A DNA stretch of 64,000 bases from Octopus sinensis (GCF_006345805.1 NC_043017.1:25172001-25236000), one strand, 5' to 3'; shown: positions 14,401 through 25,785, numbered from the stretch's first letter. Numbers and translations: made by a program. The notes: a model not told the origin generated them from the letters alone.

Positions 14401-14853
14401 AGACCTGTTGGGGCAAGTGAAATCGGAATTGAAATTGAACCAATCCTATGACTGGCACCCGGCAGATGCCAGGACCCCTGGACTGGAGATACGTAAAAAG
14501 CACTATCCGAATCGTGGCCAATGCCAGCGCCGCCTCGACTGGCTTCCGTGTCGGTGGCACGTAAAAAGCACCATCCGAATCGTGGCTGAGGCCAGTGCCG
14601 CCTCGACTGGCTTCCGTGCAGGTAGCACGTAAAATGCACCAATCCGACCATGGCCGATGCCAGCCTCGCCTGGCACCAGTGCAGGTGGCACGTAAAAAGC
14701 ACCCACTACACTCACGGAGTGGTTGGCGTTAGGAAGGGCATCCAGCTGTAGAAACATTGCCAGATAAGACCAGAGCCTGGTGCAGCCTTCTGGCTTCCCA
14801 GATCCCCGGTCGAACCGTCCAACCCATGCTAGCATGGAGAACGGACGTTAAAC

Positions 14854-14925
<72 letters not shown>

Positions 14926-17900
14926 GTTGGCTAAAAGTTACCTGACAGTAAATCAAACCCCACTTAATTCCAAGAATAAAACAAAAAATTATTTTATGTG
15001 AGACTTCGCTAATAAATAGACAAATATTGGGAAAAAAAAACAATGATTTTAACTCACACCATTCAATTATTAAACATTCATAATTGGAATGAATAGAGTT
15101 GAATAATAAATTTTTTTGGAATTTTGATTTCCTGTTGGGTGACTTTTGGTCAACCCTGTACATCTCTCTATATATAAATGGCAAAATGTCTGTCTGTGTG
15201 TGTGTCCTTTATACAAATCCACAATTTTTCAGTTAGAGGGCTCGCACTTTCTATGGTCATTCAAAACCGTCCAAGGGTGGTTGTGCACATCTTTACATTT
15301 CCCCAGTTATCCCGCAAAGCCATTAAAAAATCAACAGAAGTGACTTTTTTGTGAATTTTCTATCCAAAACCCAATCAAAATGCCCGAAACTTGATACGCC
15401 AATTGAATGCCAGCTAGCTGTATGTGATTGGTCGGAGATTTGGACAGTACTCGCCTGTATGTGTGCACGCACGCAGCTGTATATGCATGCACTAGCAGTA
15501 TGACCCGTTGTAGGAATGTATTTGATCTTTGTGTGTGGATCTTTGTAATGTTCCTTTAGTTCCTGCTCGCATTGCTTCCGCTCAAATTAAGTGGAATATA
15601 GCTCATTTGGAGCACTACAACTCGAGTCTGTGTTATATTTTGAGTATTGTTATTACTCGCTATCTCAAGATATAAATGTGTATTTTGTATTTTATATGTG
15701 TGTATTCAGACAAAAAACATCAATGAGCGCGCGCGTGTGTGTGTGCATGAATGAGATATAGATACACAGAGAGTGTGAGGGGTAGAGAGAGAGAGAGAGA
15801 GAGCAGTGTTTAACCTTTGCAACTGATACAAAAATCGTTTTAGCTACTGATAGGGTGAGTGATCGACTCTCATTTTATTTCATCTGCTGCCACTCACTCT
15901 ATTTGGGTTAGTCACTTTCTAAAGCGCTTACGAAATATATATGAACACATCGGAAATTATTCTGGCTTAGAAGATAGTTTATATCAGACGACTGAACGAG
16001 TTAAATATAGTTTATGTTGGAAGATTGAACGAATTAAATAGACAATTTGTCATGTAGTAACCAAGAAACTTATTCAAATGATAATTAGAAAAACGAAAAA
16101 TAAAATGGCGACTGGCATTTGATTGCGCCATCTTTGTAGTTGTTCAGACGGAACAAATGAATATAATTGTTACAAATATATCTCTTTCGGTTGACTAATG
16201 AACTAGATCAGCAGACAATAAATACATTGAATACACAGTTAAAGCTGCCTAATTTATTATAATAATTAATAATGATTTCTCACACAGACACGAATATCAC
16301 ACACCCTGGGGAGAGGGTACAATTGATTTAATCGACGCCATCACTTGACGTGGAAATAATAACGGCAATTTATTTTATTTTTACATTAGTGTAAATCTTG
16401 TACGATTGTTTGAAGAAAGGATAAATGTGAAAATGTTTTGGCGGAGAAAAAAAATTAAATATATCAATAGAAACATTAGGAAAAAATGACGGATCTTTTC
16501 GGTTTGAACGGCAGTTTTTAACATAATTTCTAGGTAACTAAAATATATTAAACTTCGTATACTGGTAGAATGTGTTTATGAAACATCATTTTCTCTTGGC
16601 TTTCTTGAGAAAATTCTATAGTTTGTAAGATATTTCGTCTTTAATTTCTTGTATTTCGGGAATTTTAACCAATCACTGACGTCCATTTAGGTAAACAACA
16701 TTCTGTGCCGTATGAATATGTCCCTCCTTTAAGAAACAGATTGGGTTCAAACCGAAAAGATCCGAAATGACTCACAATATAGCAAAGAAAATGTTTAATA
16801 CACTGTAAAACTACATTTGTTTAAAACAAAGTGTATATTTAAAATACAGTGTATCTTTAAAACAGTTTATATTATATATTTAAACACTGCGTATGTTTAA
16901 AATTGCGTAAGTTTCATTTTAAAAACTGTGAATATTTAAAATACTGCGTATATTGCATAAAACAGTGGTTCCCAACATGGGGTCCTCAAAGGTAATACTG
17001 GCGGTCCGTGAACTAAATTCAAAATTTCATATATATATATATAAGAATAAGCATATTAAAAAGGGTCCGTGGAAAAACTCGTTTAAATAAATGGGTTGGG
17101 AACCACTGGCTTAGAACTACACTTAAAACTCCGTGCTTAAAATGGCATGTTAACATTACATATGTTGAAAACTGTGTGTGTTTAAAACAGGTTATATATA
17201 CAACTCTACATATGTTTAAAACTCTTTTACTGTTTTACTTGTTTCAGTTATTTGACTGTGGTCATGCTGGAACGCCGCCTTTAGTCGAGCAAATCGACCA
17301 CAGGACTTATTCTTTGTAAGTCTAGTACTTTTTCTATCGGTTTCTTTTGTCTGTGTTTGTCCCCCCAACATCGCTTGACAACCGGTGCTGGCGTGTCTCT
17401 CTTCTTGTCCTGCCCATTCCATTTTGTATATCTGTAGAATATGTGTGTGTGTGTATTTAATGTGTGTGTCCCATCGGCATGTATATGGGTTTGTATATTA
17501 CACTTATTATTTAAAATGATACAAAGTAACAGTATATACGCTCAAGAAAAGGGTGCAGTCATCGGTGTAGGTTTCACTGACGATGTGGCTAACCTCTTTA
17601 CGGTATGGTGGGATAGGAGACTCAAAGAACGTGTAGTACAGAGCTCCATAACCCTGACCATGTACTTCCGCTGTTTGGATGATATCAGCAGAGTAGCAAA
17701 AGCACCCCTAAAAGACAATGTCTACGAACCAGAAGCTTGCACCATGGAAAACATCCAGCAAATAGCTAACTACATCCACAAGAGTATTAACGTTACAACA
17801 GATTACTCTAGTAAGCACTCTAACTACAGACTGTTTTAGACATGGAACTCTGATTGGAAACTAGGAATAATAAGGTCCAAATCCTCCATTCCCACTATGC

Positions 17901-19125
17901 CAAACCCCCAGCCTCCAAATACCTGATCCACCGGAATGCAACAATATCAAATTCAATTCCTTAATAGCGGACTTGATAAGAGTGATGAGAAGCGTGTCCT
18001 GTATGTGCGACCCAACAGAATTAGAGAGACACTTACAACACTTCGTCTACTACATTCATTTCTCTGGATACATCCAAGGAGGGTAGGATCAGGGTGTACA
18101 AAAGAACCAAGGCAAAATACAAGACCATCATAGAGAATGATTCTAATGGGATCTGCCCGTTATACAGGAGTAAGTTCTGACATGGCGTACAAAGAACTAA
18201 GAAGATATGTCAGTCCAACTACGGTATTTCAACCAAAAATACCAGTGTCATGTTTGTCGATTCTACTGCTGGAGACGAACTTGCATATCTTTTTAAGAAA
18301 ACCTTAGGTCAGATGAATCTACGGATTAAAATAGTAGAAAGACTAGGGACCTCCACCCCATAAAATTCCTGATCTGTAGAACATACCCATTTGAAAGAAC
18401 CCCTTGTATGGATAGGAACTGTATAGTGTGTAGCGCAAACTCATAGATAAACTGTAAAACTAGGAACGTAGTCGTTAGTGTGTGTACAGGGGGACGGTGC
18501 AGAAACAGAACGACGATGCATCTTGAAGAGACAGCACGTAGCGTAGGTGAGCGGATGAGTGACTACTGGCGGGAGCTCAAGGAGGAAAAAAACTCGTCAA
18601 TGTCTTACTAACGTGCTCAGTTAGAATATGGAAGCTCAGCTGACAACATAGTTCTTATGATCTTACCGATACATAGAAGACACGACACTCAGACAGATTA
18701 TGGAGGCCTCACACACAATAGAAGATAGACCAGTAGTCCTTTTTAGCTGAGTGGACAGCTGCAGCGTGGAAAGAGAAAGAAACCTGATTGATAAAGGATA
18801 CAATACGCTACTCAGTCCGGGAATCAAACGCCCTACTTTATGATACTGAACCCAATACCCTTACTTCTGGGCCAGTCTTTCTCAAAGAGGACGGGGTGGG
18901 GGTCTGTGAGGAGCAACAAAAAATGGCGTACAAATTGCTATGTTTAATAAAACTGATTGAATTTTTTTCAAATTTGTTCAACACATCATGTTGAAGAATG
19001 AAGAAATTTTCAGAGATGTATGGTAAGTGATTTGATCTGAGATCGTATGTTGAAACTAAAACAATTACAGCATGGAAAACACACACACACACACGCACGC
19101 ACGCACGCACACACACACACACACA

Positions 19126-19156
<31 letters not shown>

Positions 19157-22100
19157 CTAGCCATTCAAAAACAAACATTTTTCATAAGCATTTATTATTC
19201 GCTATATCAACATTTTCCTCCCACTAAATGCAACCTGGTCACTGACCCCAAATAATGAATCAGTTTTTGTTTGTTTTTGAATAGCTGATGTGTATCTTCC
19301 CCAATGTAAACTCAGTTTTTTCTTCTCAGAAAAAGAGAAAAGAGAAGAGTTGCAAAACCATCCCTAATATTTTTGTGAGGGGAAGGGCAGCGACCTGGCA
19401 GAATCGTTAGCACTACGGGCAAAAATGCTTTTCGGCATTTCGTCCGTCTTTACGTTCTGAGTTCAAATTCTGCAGATGTCGATTTCGCCTTTCATCCTTT
19501 CGGGGGTCGATAAAATAAGTACTAGTTGAGAACTGGGGCGTGAAGTAATCGACTTAGCCTCTCCTCCGAAATTGCTGGCCTTGTGCCAAAATTTGAAAAC
19601 AATATTTTGGTGTGGAGGAACGAGCAGAAATTTCCCAAAATATTGGGGATGTGGTGCTTACTAATTGTCAGGTAAGAGAACCACTACATTTGGTCATTAT
19701 CCAATATGTGAAGCCCCCCTCCACCACCACCACCACCACCACCAAAACCACCACCACCATTCTTTTATATTTAAAAAAAAACTTTTGGGTGTGATTTGAG
19801 AGAGATTTAACTGCTATTTCTAGCTAGTCGTAGAAGCTGCTTCGTTGCCGCAGCTATAGTATGTTTTTGTAAACTTTTCTTCTCCACAATGTTGAAGTTT
19901 GCCAACCCTAACTTTGGAGGAGGAGGAGGAGGATGACGATTATAATGATGATTATGATGATTATGATGACAATGATGATGATGATGATGACGACGATAAT
20001 AATGATGATAATTATGATGACAGTGATGATGACGACGACGATGATTATTATGATCATGATGACGACGACGATTATAATGATGATGATTATGATGACAATT
20101 ATGATGAAGATGTCGGTGGTGGTGTGCGGTCTACGTGGTCGCTCGATGAGCTAGAAAGAACAACCGAACCTTCTGCAAATTGCTCACTGATTTTGACGAA
20201 GGAAAGAAAGGACGATAACCCTCCCTTTTTTAAAAATATACCTCTTCCCCTAAAAACAGGATTGTTATGGTTGGAACGCCTTTGATCGTTGGTCTGCTTG
20301 AATACGGCTTACTGACCGAATGTTAAACAACAACCATCTCTGTCAACACTTCTAGAGATGGATGAGCCAGAGCCCAAACAAGTAGCAAAGATTTTCCCAG
20401 CCAACGAAGGGACCGCTACGTGGCTGCTGAATTTAACTAGAAACAACAGCCAATAATTTAATGTTCTAAAAATCGAATCACATTAACAATTTTTGTTTTC
20501 ATATCTTAAAAAAAAAAGTGCATTAGAGTTGAATTGTTGAACAATGTAGTCCTGGATGGAATGGTCACGTCTGGAACACGTTAGATCATGAGTTTTGCTT
20601 ATTCTGGACTGGCCTTATAGAATAAGCAACATCAGTCACTCAACAACAAGTCTACGAAGAGCCCTCGACTACAACAAGACGACCAAAGTTCTTTTTTTTC
20701 CAAGATCTGGGGTCTCCCGCCCCTAAGCCCTAGACCATCACCTAATCACCCTTACCCGTCTTGTTGCTTAACAACAACAACAACACAGCAGCAGCAGCAA
20801 CAGCAACAACAACAACAACAACATATGTATTTGATTTATGTACAAAGTATGAAATTTGAGGGACAAAGTCGGTTTATACCATCACCCCCCCTCCCAGTAC
20901 CTGAGTGGTTCTATATTTGGAGGACTTTTAGGATAGCTATTATTACCTCATGGGGACGGAAAAGGGCACAGAATTGAACTGTAAGGGTGGCGGGGGCAAA
21001 AGATTAAAAAAATTAAAATTTTTGGAAAAGAAAAATATTTTGTGAATTATAATTCCGTTGTATAAAATACCTATTTCTTTACTACCCACAAGGGGCTAAA
21101 CACAGAGGGGACAAACAAGGAGAGACAAAGGGATTAAGTCGATTACATCGACCCCAGTGCGTAACTGGTACTTAATTTATCGACCCCGAAAGAATGAAAG
21201 GCAAAGTCGACCTCGGCCGAATTTGAACTCGGAACGTAACGACAGACGAAATACGGCTACGAAATGAACCCAGAACCATGTGGTTCGTAAGTAATGAAGG
21301 TGCGTGGTTCAGTGGTTAGAGCGTCAAGTTTACAATCGTGAAGTTGTGAGATCGATTCCCGGAGCATAAAGGACCAGAAGGAATACCGCTAAGCATTTTG
21401 TCCGATGTGCTAACGATTCCGTCAATTTCTGTATTGAGGCATGAGGTCCGAAATTTTGGGAGACGGGGCTAATCGATTGCACCGACTCCTAGAGCTCATC
21501 TGGTAACTTATTTTATCGATTCCGATAGGATGAAAGGCAAAGTTAACCTGGCCGGAATTTGAACTCAGAATTTAAAGAGTTGGAAGAAATGCCACTGAGT
21601 ATTTTGTCCGGCGCGCTAATGATTTCTTTTATTGATCACACGGGTCCAAGACATTGAGGAAGGACAACATCAAAGGACGGAACCCCCGCCCCCAGAAAAA
21701 GGTGAGGTTTATATCGACCAAAAGGGAAACAGCAATGAAGTCATAACAAAACAAAATGGAATTGAAGCACTACATATAGCCCATCATTATGTTTTGAAAT
21801 TGTCAGAAAAATTTTGTGAATTTGTGTTCTACACACGGGAAATCATACGATTATGCGAAAAGAAAAAAAAAACTCTGTGTGTGTGTGTGTGTGTGCGTGA
21901 TTTAAGGACGATTTAGTAGTTTTTTAGCACATCCCACGACTACCTGATACCTTCCTTGGTTCTTTGTCGCTCTAATATGTATTGATGTTGATGTCTCTAT
22001 AAACACATTAAATGGAATGATCATGCACATAAGGGTGGTCCACTGCTGGGATTTAAACAAAAAATTCGGACTGTCCATAGTTTAAATCCTGACTAAAGAA

Positions 22101-23044
22101 AGTTAAAACATTGAAAGTGTGGAAATTTTAGGAATTGTGGGGGTGGGGGAGGGATTTAAAAAAAAAGTTGAAGAAAAGCTTTTTTCATAATCGTATGAAT
22201 TCCTTTGTGCAGAACACAAATTCTCAAAAATTTTCCGAAAATTTCAAAAAATCAAAAAATATTTTGTGGGTTATATGGAGTGCTTAAACCAGAATTCCGC
22301 CCAAAATTTTTGCCACAAGGGCTGCTTGGGGGAGGTGGAGATGAGTCGATTACATTGATCCCAGTGTTCAACTGGTACTTATTTTATCGAACCCCAAAGG
22401 ACGAAAGGCAAGGTCTGCGCAATTTGAACTCAGAACGCAACGACAGACGAAACACCGCTAAGCATTTCGTCCGGCGTACTAACAACTCTGCCTGCTCGCC
22501 GCCTTAATAATAATAATAAAAATAATAATAATAGTAGTAGTAGTAATGATGATTTCAAATTTATGCCACAAGAGCAGCTTGGGGAGGGGATTAAGTCGAT
22601 TATATCGACCCCAGTGCGTAACTGGTACTTATTTGGGCGGATGTAAAGAATACGCACACCACCCGTTTTCGGTGTAACCCTAGCCCTAAACCTAACCCCA
22701 AACCCTAATAGTAATCCTAAACAACTGGTGTGCGTATTCTTTGCCTTCGCCCTTATTTAATCGACCCCCGAAAGGATAAAAAGCAAAGTCGACCTCGGCG
22801 GGATTTGAACTCAGAACGTAAAGACGGACGAAATGCCGACTAACAATCAACAGACAGCGAAGATGCACTAACAGATAATATCAAACTTCAAAATGTTTTA
22901 AAATGTCTTAAAAAGCTGAAACACACTTTAAATATAAAGTAACAAAATTGATTTTTTTTTTTTTTTTTTTTTTTACCTCCGGCCCTGGACAGAAGAAATT
23001 GCCAAAAGTAGACAACATTTTAGCAGTAACAGCATGGTCTTCAT
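57..23044 (-). CDS. C3: Complement C3-like thioester-containing protein (TEP/alpha-2-macroglobulin superfamily), 5' partial gene: signal peptide plus MG1 to start of MG4; continues beyond the left edge
   Basis: Nine GT-AG exons with matching phases: 22977-23044 (MKTMLLLLKCCLLLAISSVQGR, signal peptide), 10658-10824, 8678-8887 (GHIFIQTSKPIYNPGQT), 7901-7971 (VRIRIVTLNEDMLP), 7012-7140 (NPSK...GNWTVLAEYSNG), 6185-6227 (LKTRAEVKFAVQKY), 3803-3890 (VLPVFEV), 1368-1458 (RYLYGKYVHG), 57-272 (SPYKFDLTDSQTFFKPGLPY). Total 1083 nt = 361 codons with no stop. Motifs match TEP-family FIQTDKPIY, YVLPxFEV, YxYGKxVxG and SPY...FKPGxP. C3 versus other TEP is judged from motif style and spacing only; the thioester and anaphylatoxin regions are outside the window. 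Confidence 0.85.
372..474 (+). pseudogene. U6 snRNA pseudogene (near full-length, diverged)
   Basis: GCAGTACATATTCTAGAATTGAAATGGCACAGAGAAGATTAGCATGGCCCCTGCACAAAGATGGCATACGAATTCCTGAAGCGTTCTATATTT aligns colinearly with the metazoan U6 sequence. The ACAGAGAAGATTAGCATGGCCCCTGC core is intact, there are many substitutions elsewhere, and the 5' stem is degenerate. Lies antisense in a C3-like intron. Confidence 0.9.
662..925 (+). mobile_element. tRNA-derived SINE (family D), head partly deleted
   Basis: GGAGCTGCAATGGCCCAGTGGTTAGG head; body nearly identical to the reverse complement of 46313-46603. Confidence 0.75.
1657..2035. repeat. (AAT)n microsatellite with periodic GAA/GAAATT interruptions
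   Basis: Direct reading; explains the poly-N, poly-I and poly-L ORFs. Confidence 0.95.
2408..2880 (+). mobile_element. CR1-type LINE 3' fragment with (ATT)n tail
   Basis: Encodes SLGMDSLKLRHLAMDL...NTRGHAYKVRKQHSSHDFRKHFFTLRVAEAWNKLP, the typical CR1 ORF2 C-terminus (TRGH...FFxxRV...WNxLP). A second copy is at 7334-7652. Confidence 0.9.
3220..3622 (+). mobile_element. Abundant composite tRNA-derived SINE (family A/B), full-length copy
   Basis: GGCGCAGGAGTGGCTGTGTGGTAAG (A-box-like)...GGTTCAGTCC (B-box-like)...GGCACCTTGGGCAAGTG core, an internal (TA/TG)n tract, a second module and an (AAAGAGT)n tail. More than 15 copies or fragments in the window. Confidence 0.85.
4000..4430 (+). mobile_element. 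Degenerate R4/NeSL-type (restriction-like endonuclease) non-LTR retrotransposon fragment
   Basis: ORF 4008-4346, EAESVIIATQEQVIR...HRICGKEDESINCLLRESSKLAQKEYKHRRD, matches the CCHC knuckle...AQKEYxxRHD signature upstream of the REL nuclease. Key residues are decayed. Confidence 0.7.
5145..5506 (+). mobile_element. RTE/RTE-X-type LINE 3' fragment with (GAT)n tail
   Basis: ORF ...RRVQFAGHCCRAENE...LLWKP...RGR...DREVWRSMV...* followed by TGATGATGATG. The RRxxxxGH..R and RGRP/DRxxW pattern is typical of RTE-like ORF2 C-termini. Confidence 0.8.
7334..7652 (+). mobile_element. CR1-type LINE 3' fragment (same family as 2408-2880)
   Basis: Near-identical to 2498-2880 except for a roughly 75-bp deletion in the 3' UTR; same (ATT)n tail. 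Confidence 0.9.
10255..10650 (+). mobile_element. Composite SINE family A/B copy
   Basis: Same head, core, microsatellite and tail as 3220-3622. Confidence 0.85.
11730..14891 (+). mobile_element. RTE-clade LINE, 5'-truncated: partial APE endonuclease, reverse transcriptase, PHD-type finger, 3' UTR with 68-bp repeats, (GAT)n tail; two premature stops
   Basis: ORFs 11735-12256, 12338-13978 and 13985-14314 are in one frame, separated only by TAG (12254) and TAA (13976). Motifs include SQIDYIL (APE), NYRGIKLL, QFGFVPGKSTTDAIF, FVDMEKAFDRVP, GVHQSSVLSPLLF, LLYADDL and the RGRGRPRKTW C-terminus. Confidence 0.95.
14922..15158. mobile_element. Tc1/mariner-type MITE
   Basis: Imperfect TIRs CAGAGTTGGCTAAAAGTTACCTGACAG and (reverse complement) CAGGGTTGACCAAAAGTCACCCAACAG, flanked by TA on both sides (14920-14921, 15159-15160). 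Confidence 0.8.
16963..17108. mobile_element. hAT-type MITE
   Basis: TIRs CAGTGGTTCCCAAC / GTTGGGAACCACTG; degenerate 8-bp TSD GCATAAAA versus GCTTAGAA. Confidence 0.7.
17520..18780 (+). mobile_element. Decayed Penelope-like element (RT followed by GIY-YIG-like region)
   Basis: ORF 17441-17839 contains KGAVIGVGFTDDVANLF and MYFRCLDDI (degenerate YxRYxDD RT core). Downstream frames give a Cys-rich stretch (NCIVCS...NCKTRNVV) typical of the Penelope linker before the GIY-YIG nuclease. Multiple stops and frameshifts. Confidence 0.6.
19921..20110. repeat. Degenerate (GAT/GAC)n microsatellite
   Basis: Direct reading; explains the poly-Asp and poly-Met ORFs. Confidence 0.9.
21071..21255 (-). mobile_element. 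Nin/Deu-domain-like SINE (family C), 5'-truncated
   Basis: Reverse strand carries GAGGTCGACTTTGCCTTTCATTCTTTCGGGGTCGATAAATTAAGTACCAG, resembling the Nin/Deu central domain, and ends ...GTAGTAAAGAAATAG. Confidence 0.75.
22635..22752. mobile_element. 118-bp MITE with telomere-like internal repeats
   Basis: TIRs of about 27 bp, GGGCGGATGTAAAGAATACGCACACCA versus reverse-complement GGGCGAAGGCAAAGAATACGCACACCA; perfect flanking TTATTT at 22629-22634 and 22753-22758; interrupts a family C SINE. Confidence 0.8.
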
Positions 23045-23117
23045 TGCGATTCGAACTCGCTCTTCGACGATGATGACAATAATAATAATAAAATTAATAA
23101 CAATTTAGGCCTTCACA

Positions 23118-23294
23118 GTAAATTCCCGTTTCTTCTTCGGAAGCAGGCAAAATTTCTGGAAAGAATTTTCCTGATTATTGTTTTAAAATAATTTCGGGGC
23201 TTTCTTCTTGTGTTTGTAATGCAAAAAAAAAAAAAAAAGTGTTTCAAGTTTCTTTTGCGCTGTTATATATACGCATCGTCAACATAGACTTTCC
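23118..23294 (-). promoter_or_regulatory. Putative C3-like promoter/5' UTR: TATA-like box with kappaB-like motifs
   Basis: Minus-strand TATATAA at 23269-23263. kappaB-like decamers: GGGAATTTAC (minus, 23118-23127), GGGGCTTTCT (plus, 23196-23205), GGAAAGTCTA (minus, 23285-23294). Motif matches only. Confidence 0.35.
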
Positions 23295-23459
23295 ACATTT
23301 CTTTCTTTCTTTAACCCGACTTTCTGTTTTTGCGAGCTTTAAGTTTTGCTTGTCAGTCGAGGCATGCCTTGCCTCAAAATGTTTATTTCTAAGTATGGCC
23401 TTGGCAGAAATCTAAGCCGGATTCTTTTCTGGTAGAGTAAAAGATAAATAAATTAGTGC

Positions 23460-23524
<65 letters not shown>

Positions 23525-24216
23525 TGTATGTATGTATGTACTTATGTTATGTATGTATGTATGTGTGTGTGATTTTATATATGTATATATATACACAGAC
23601 ATATATATGTATATATATATATATGTGTGTGTTTGTGTGTGTGTGTATGTACGTGTATATATGTATGTGTATGTATACATACATATATATATGTACATAT
23701 ATGTGTGTGACTATGTTTGTGCGTGCATTCATACACACACACATATATATATATATATATACATGTTTGTATGTGTATACATACATACATACATACATAC
23801 ATATGCACACACCTCACCACCCACGGGTGGGGGAGAAGCACTTGCTGTCTTCGCCCCTCCTCTAGATATATAGTCGAGGTTTGTGCTTGTGTTAAACCAC
23901 CAACACTCTACTTGTCAAGATATCTGTTGGCATTCTGGTGATCGTCTCAACACTTACTGTAGGACATTTTTCGCTATCAGAAACCAGGCTCTTCACACAA
24001 CAGAACGTGCTGTTCGAGACGTGGGGGAGCCAGAAGACACACACACACAAATATAGAGATACACACACATACAAATGTATGCACGCATACAGATACATAG
24101 TCATGCACACACACACATACAGATTTTGTCCAAAATGTATTGATTACAAACGTAGATATAATGGCACATGTATGTGTGCATACATACATATGTATATATA
24201 CCTGTATATAGATGTA

Positions 24217-24273
<57 letters not shown>

Positions 24274-24919
24274 TTGTGTGTATATACGTATATATTTTGT
24301 ATGTATAAATGTACGTGTGTATGTATGTATACTCTTTACTCTTTTACTTGTTTCAGTCATTTGACTGCGGCCATGCTGGAGCACCGCCTTTAGTCTAGCA
24401 AATTGACCTCAGGACCTTTTTGCCGAGCCGCTAAGTTACATATGTTACATATGTTGGGGTGGGGACAAACATATACATATATACGACGGGCTTCTTTCAG
24501 TTTCTATCTACCAAATCGACTCACAAGGCTTTGGTCGGCCCGAGACTATAGTAGAAGACACTTGCCCAAGGTGCCACGCAGTGGGAATGAACCCGGAACC
24601 TTCTTACCACACAGCCACTCCTGCGCCTGCCTATATATATATATATATAGACACACACACAGTATACATTGCATGTTTATAAAACATAAACGTGCAACGT
24701 GTGTACATGCATGTATCTATCTGTGTGTGTGTTTGGGTGTGTATACACGTACAGTAAGTCAACATATATAATAGTGACCAGAAAACCTTCCTTTAAGTAT
24801 CATTTTATTTACGTCTTTGCAATAAGACAAAACGGGGGGGGGGGGACAGGCAGGGGAGACGACTCCAACAATATCAGCTAATCGAAATTAGCAGTCTGGA
24901 TTGGATCTTGGATCTTATT

Positions 24920-24977
<58 letters not shown>

Positions 24978-25621
24978 TATATATAATAATAATATTAGGG
25001 AATGAATCCAAAATTACAGGGAAAAATCAGATTTAGGGTTAAATCCAATTTTATAGTAAAATATATATATATATATTGTATGTGCGTTATATATAAATAC
25101 GTTTGTGTATGTGTCTGTGTACAAACCTGTGCGCATCTATTAGCTCGTGCATATATAGTTGTGTGTGTGTGACAGTTTATTATTATCATCATCATCATCA
25201 TCATCATACCACACCCGTATTTGCTCCTCTGTGTTGCGTGAATGCGTATATACTTGTGTATATATCATCGTGCGCGTATCAATCTTTGTCTCGCGTCTTC
25301 CTCGCCACCCGTTTCTCTTCCATGTCATCTAAGTGGTACATGTTTTTCTTTTTTTCTTCTGCGTGACCCCGTTATCTTATTACCCCCCATCATCATCGCT
25401 GCCACCATCGGGTCCCCACTTCGCTTTCATCTGTTTCTCATTCCGTGTTAGCAGTTGGTTTCTGTCACAGTCGTTATTTCACTTCAGATCATCGCCCTCC
25501 CCCCTCCATTACCCCCACCTATGCACTTACGGTCTCATCCTCCCCACTTGAATAATATTCATGAAGCCCCAATAGTTATCTGTCCGTCTGTCTGTCATTC
25601 TATGTATGTATGTATGTATGC

Positions 25622-25695
<74 letters not shown>

Positions 25696-25754
25696 GTCTG
25701 TCTGTCTATGTGTGTGTTTGTCTGTCCGTCTCTCTGTCTGCCAGCCTGTCTTAC

Positions 25755-25785
<31 letters not shown>

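Noticed and set aside
15161-15520. Helitron-like 5' end (TCTCTATATATAAA...TGTCTGTCTGTGTG)
   Set aside because: I could not identify a matching 3' hairpin and CTAG end with confidence.
15930-16140. Possible alternative first exon of the C3-like gene (YY1-like AAGATGGCG motifs, GTAAG donor at about 15930)
   Set aside because: No open signal-peptide frame in the required phase; 22977-23044 gives a clean signal peptide and a phase-2 match.
19899-20285. Acidic poly-Asp ORF
   Set aside because: (GAT/GAC)n microsatellite with a non-ATG start and no recognisable domain.
21295-21365. tRNA-like sequences here and at about 39270-39330, 43610-43685 and 46540-46603
   Set aside because: They have A/B-box-like motifs but no complete cloverleaf, and they continue into SINE bodies; they are SINE heads, not tRNA genes.
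21632-21916. 94-aa plus-strand ORF with a GTGAGG donor-like site
   Set aside because: No homology recognised, no convincing acceptor or start, and no partner exons.
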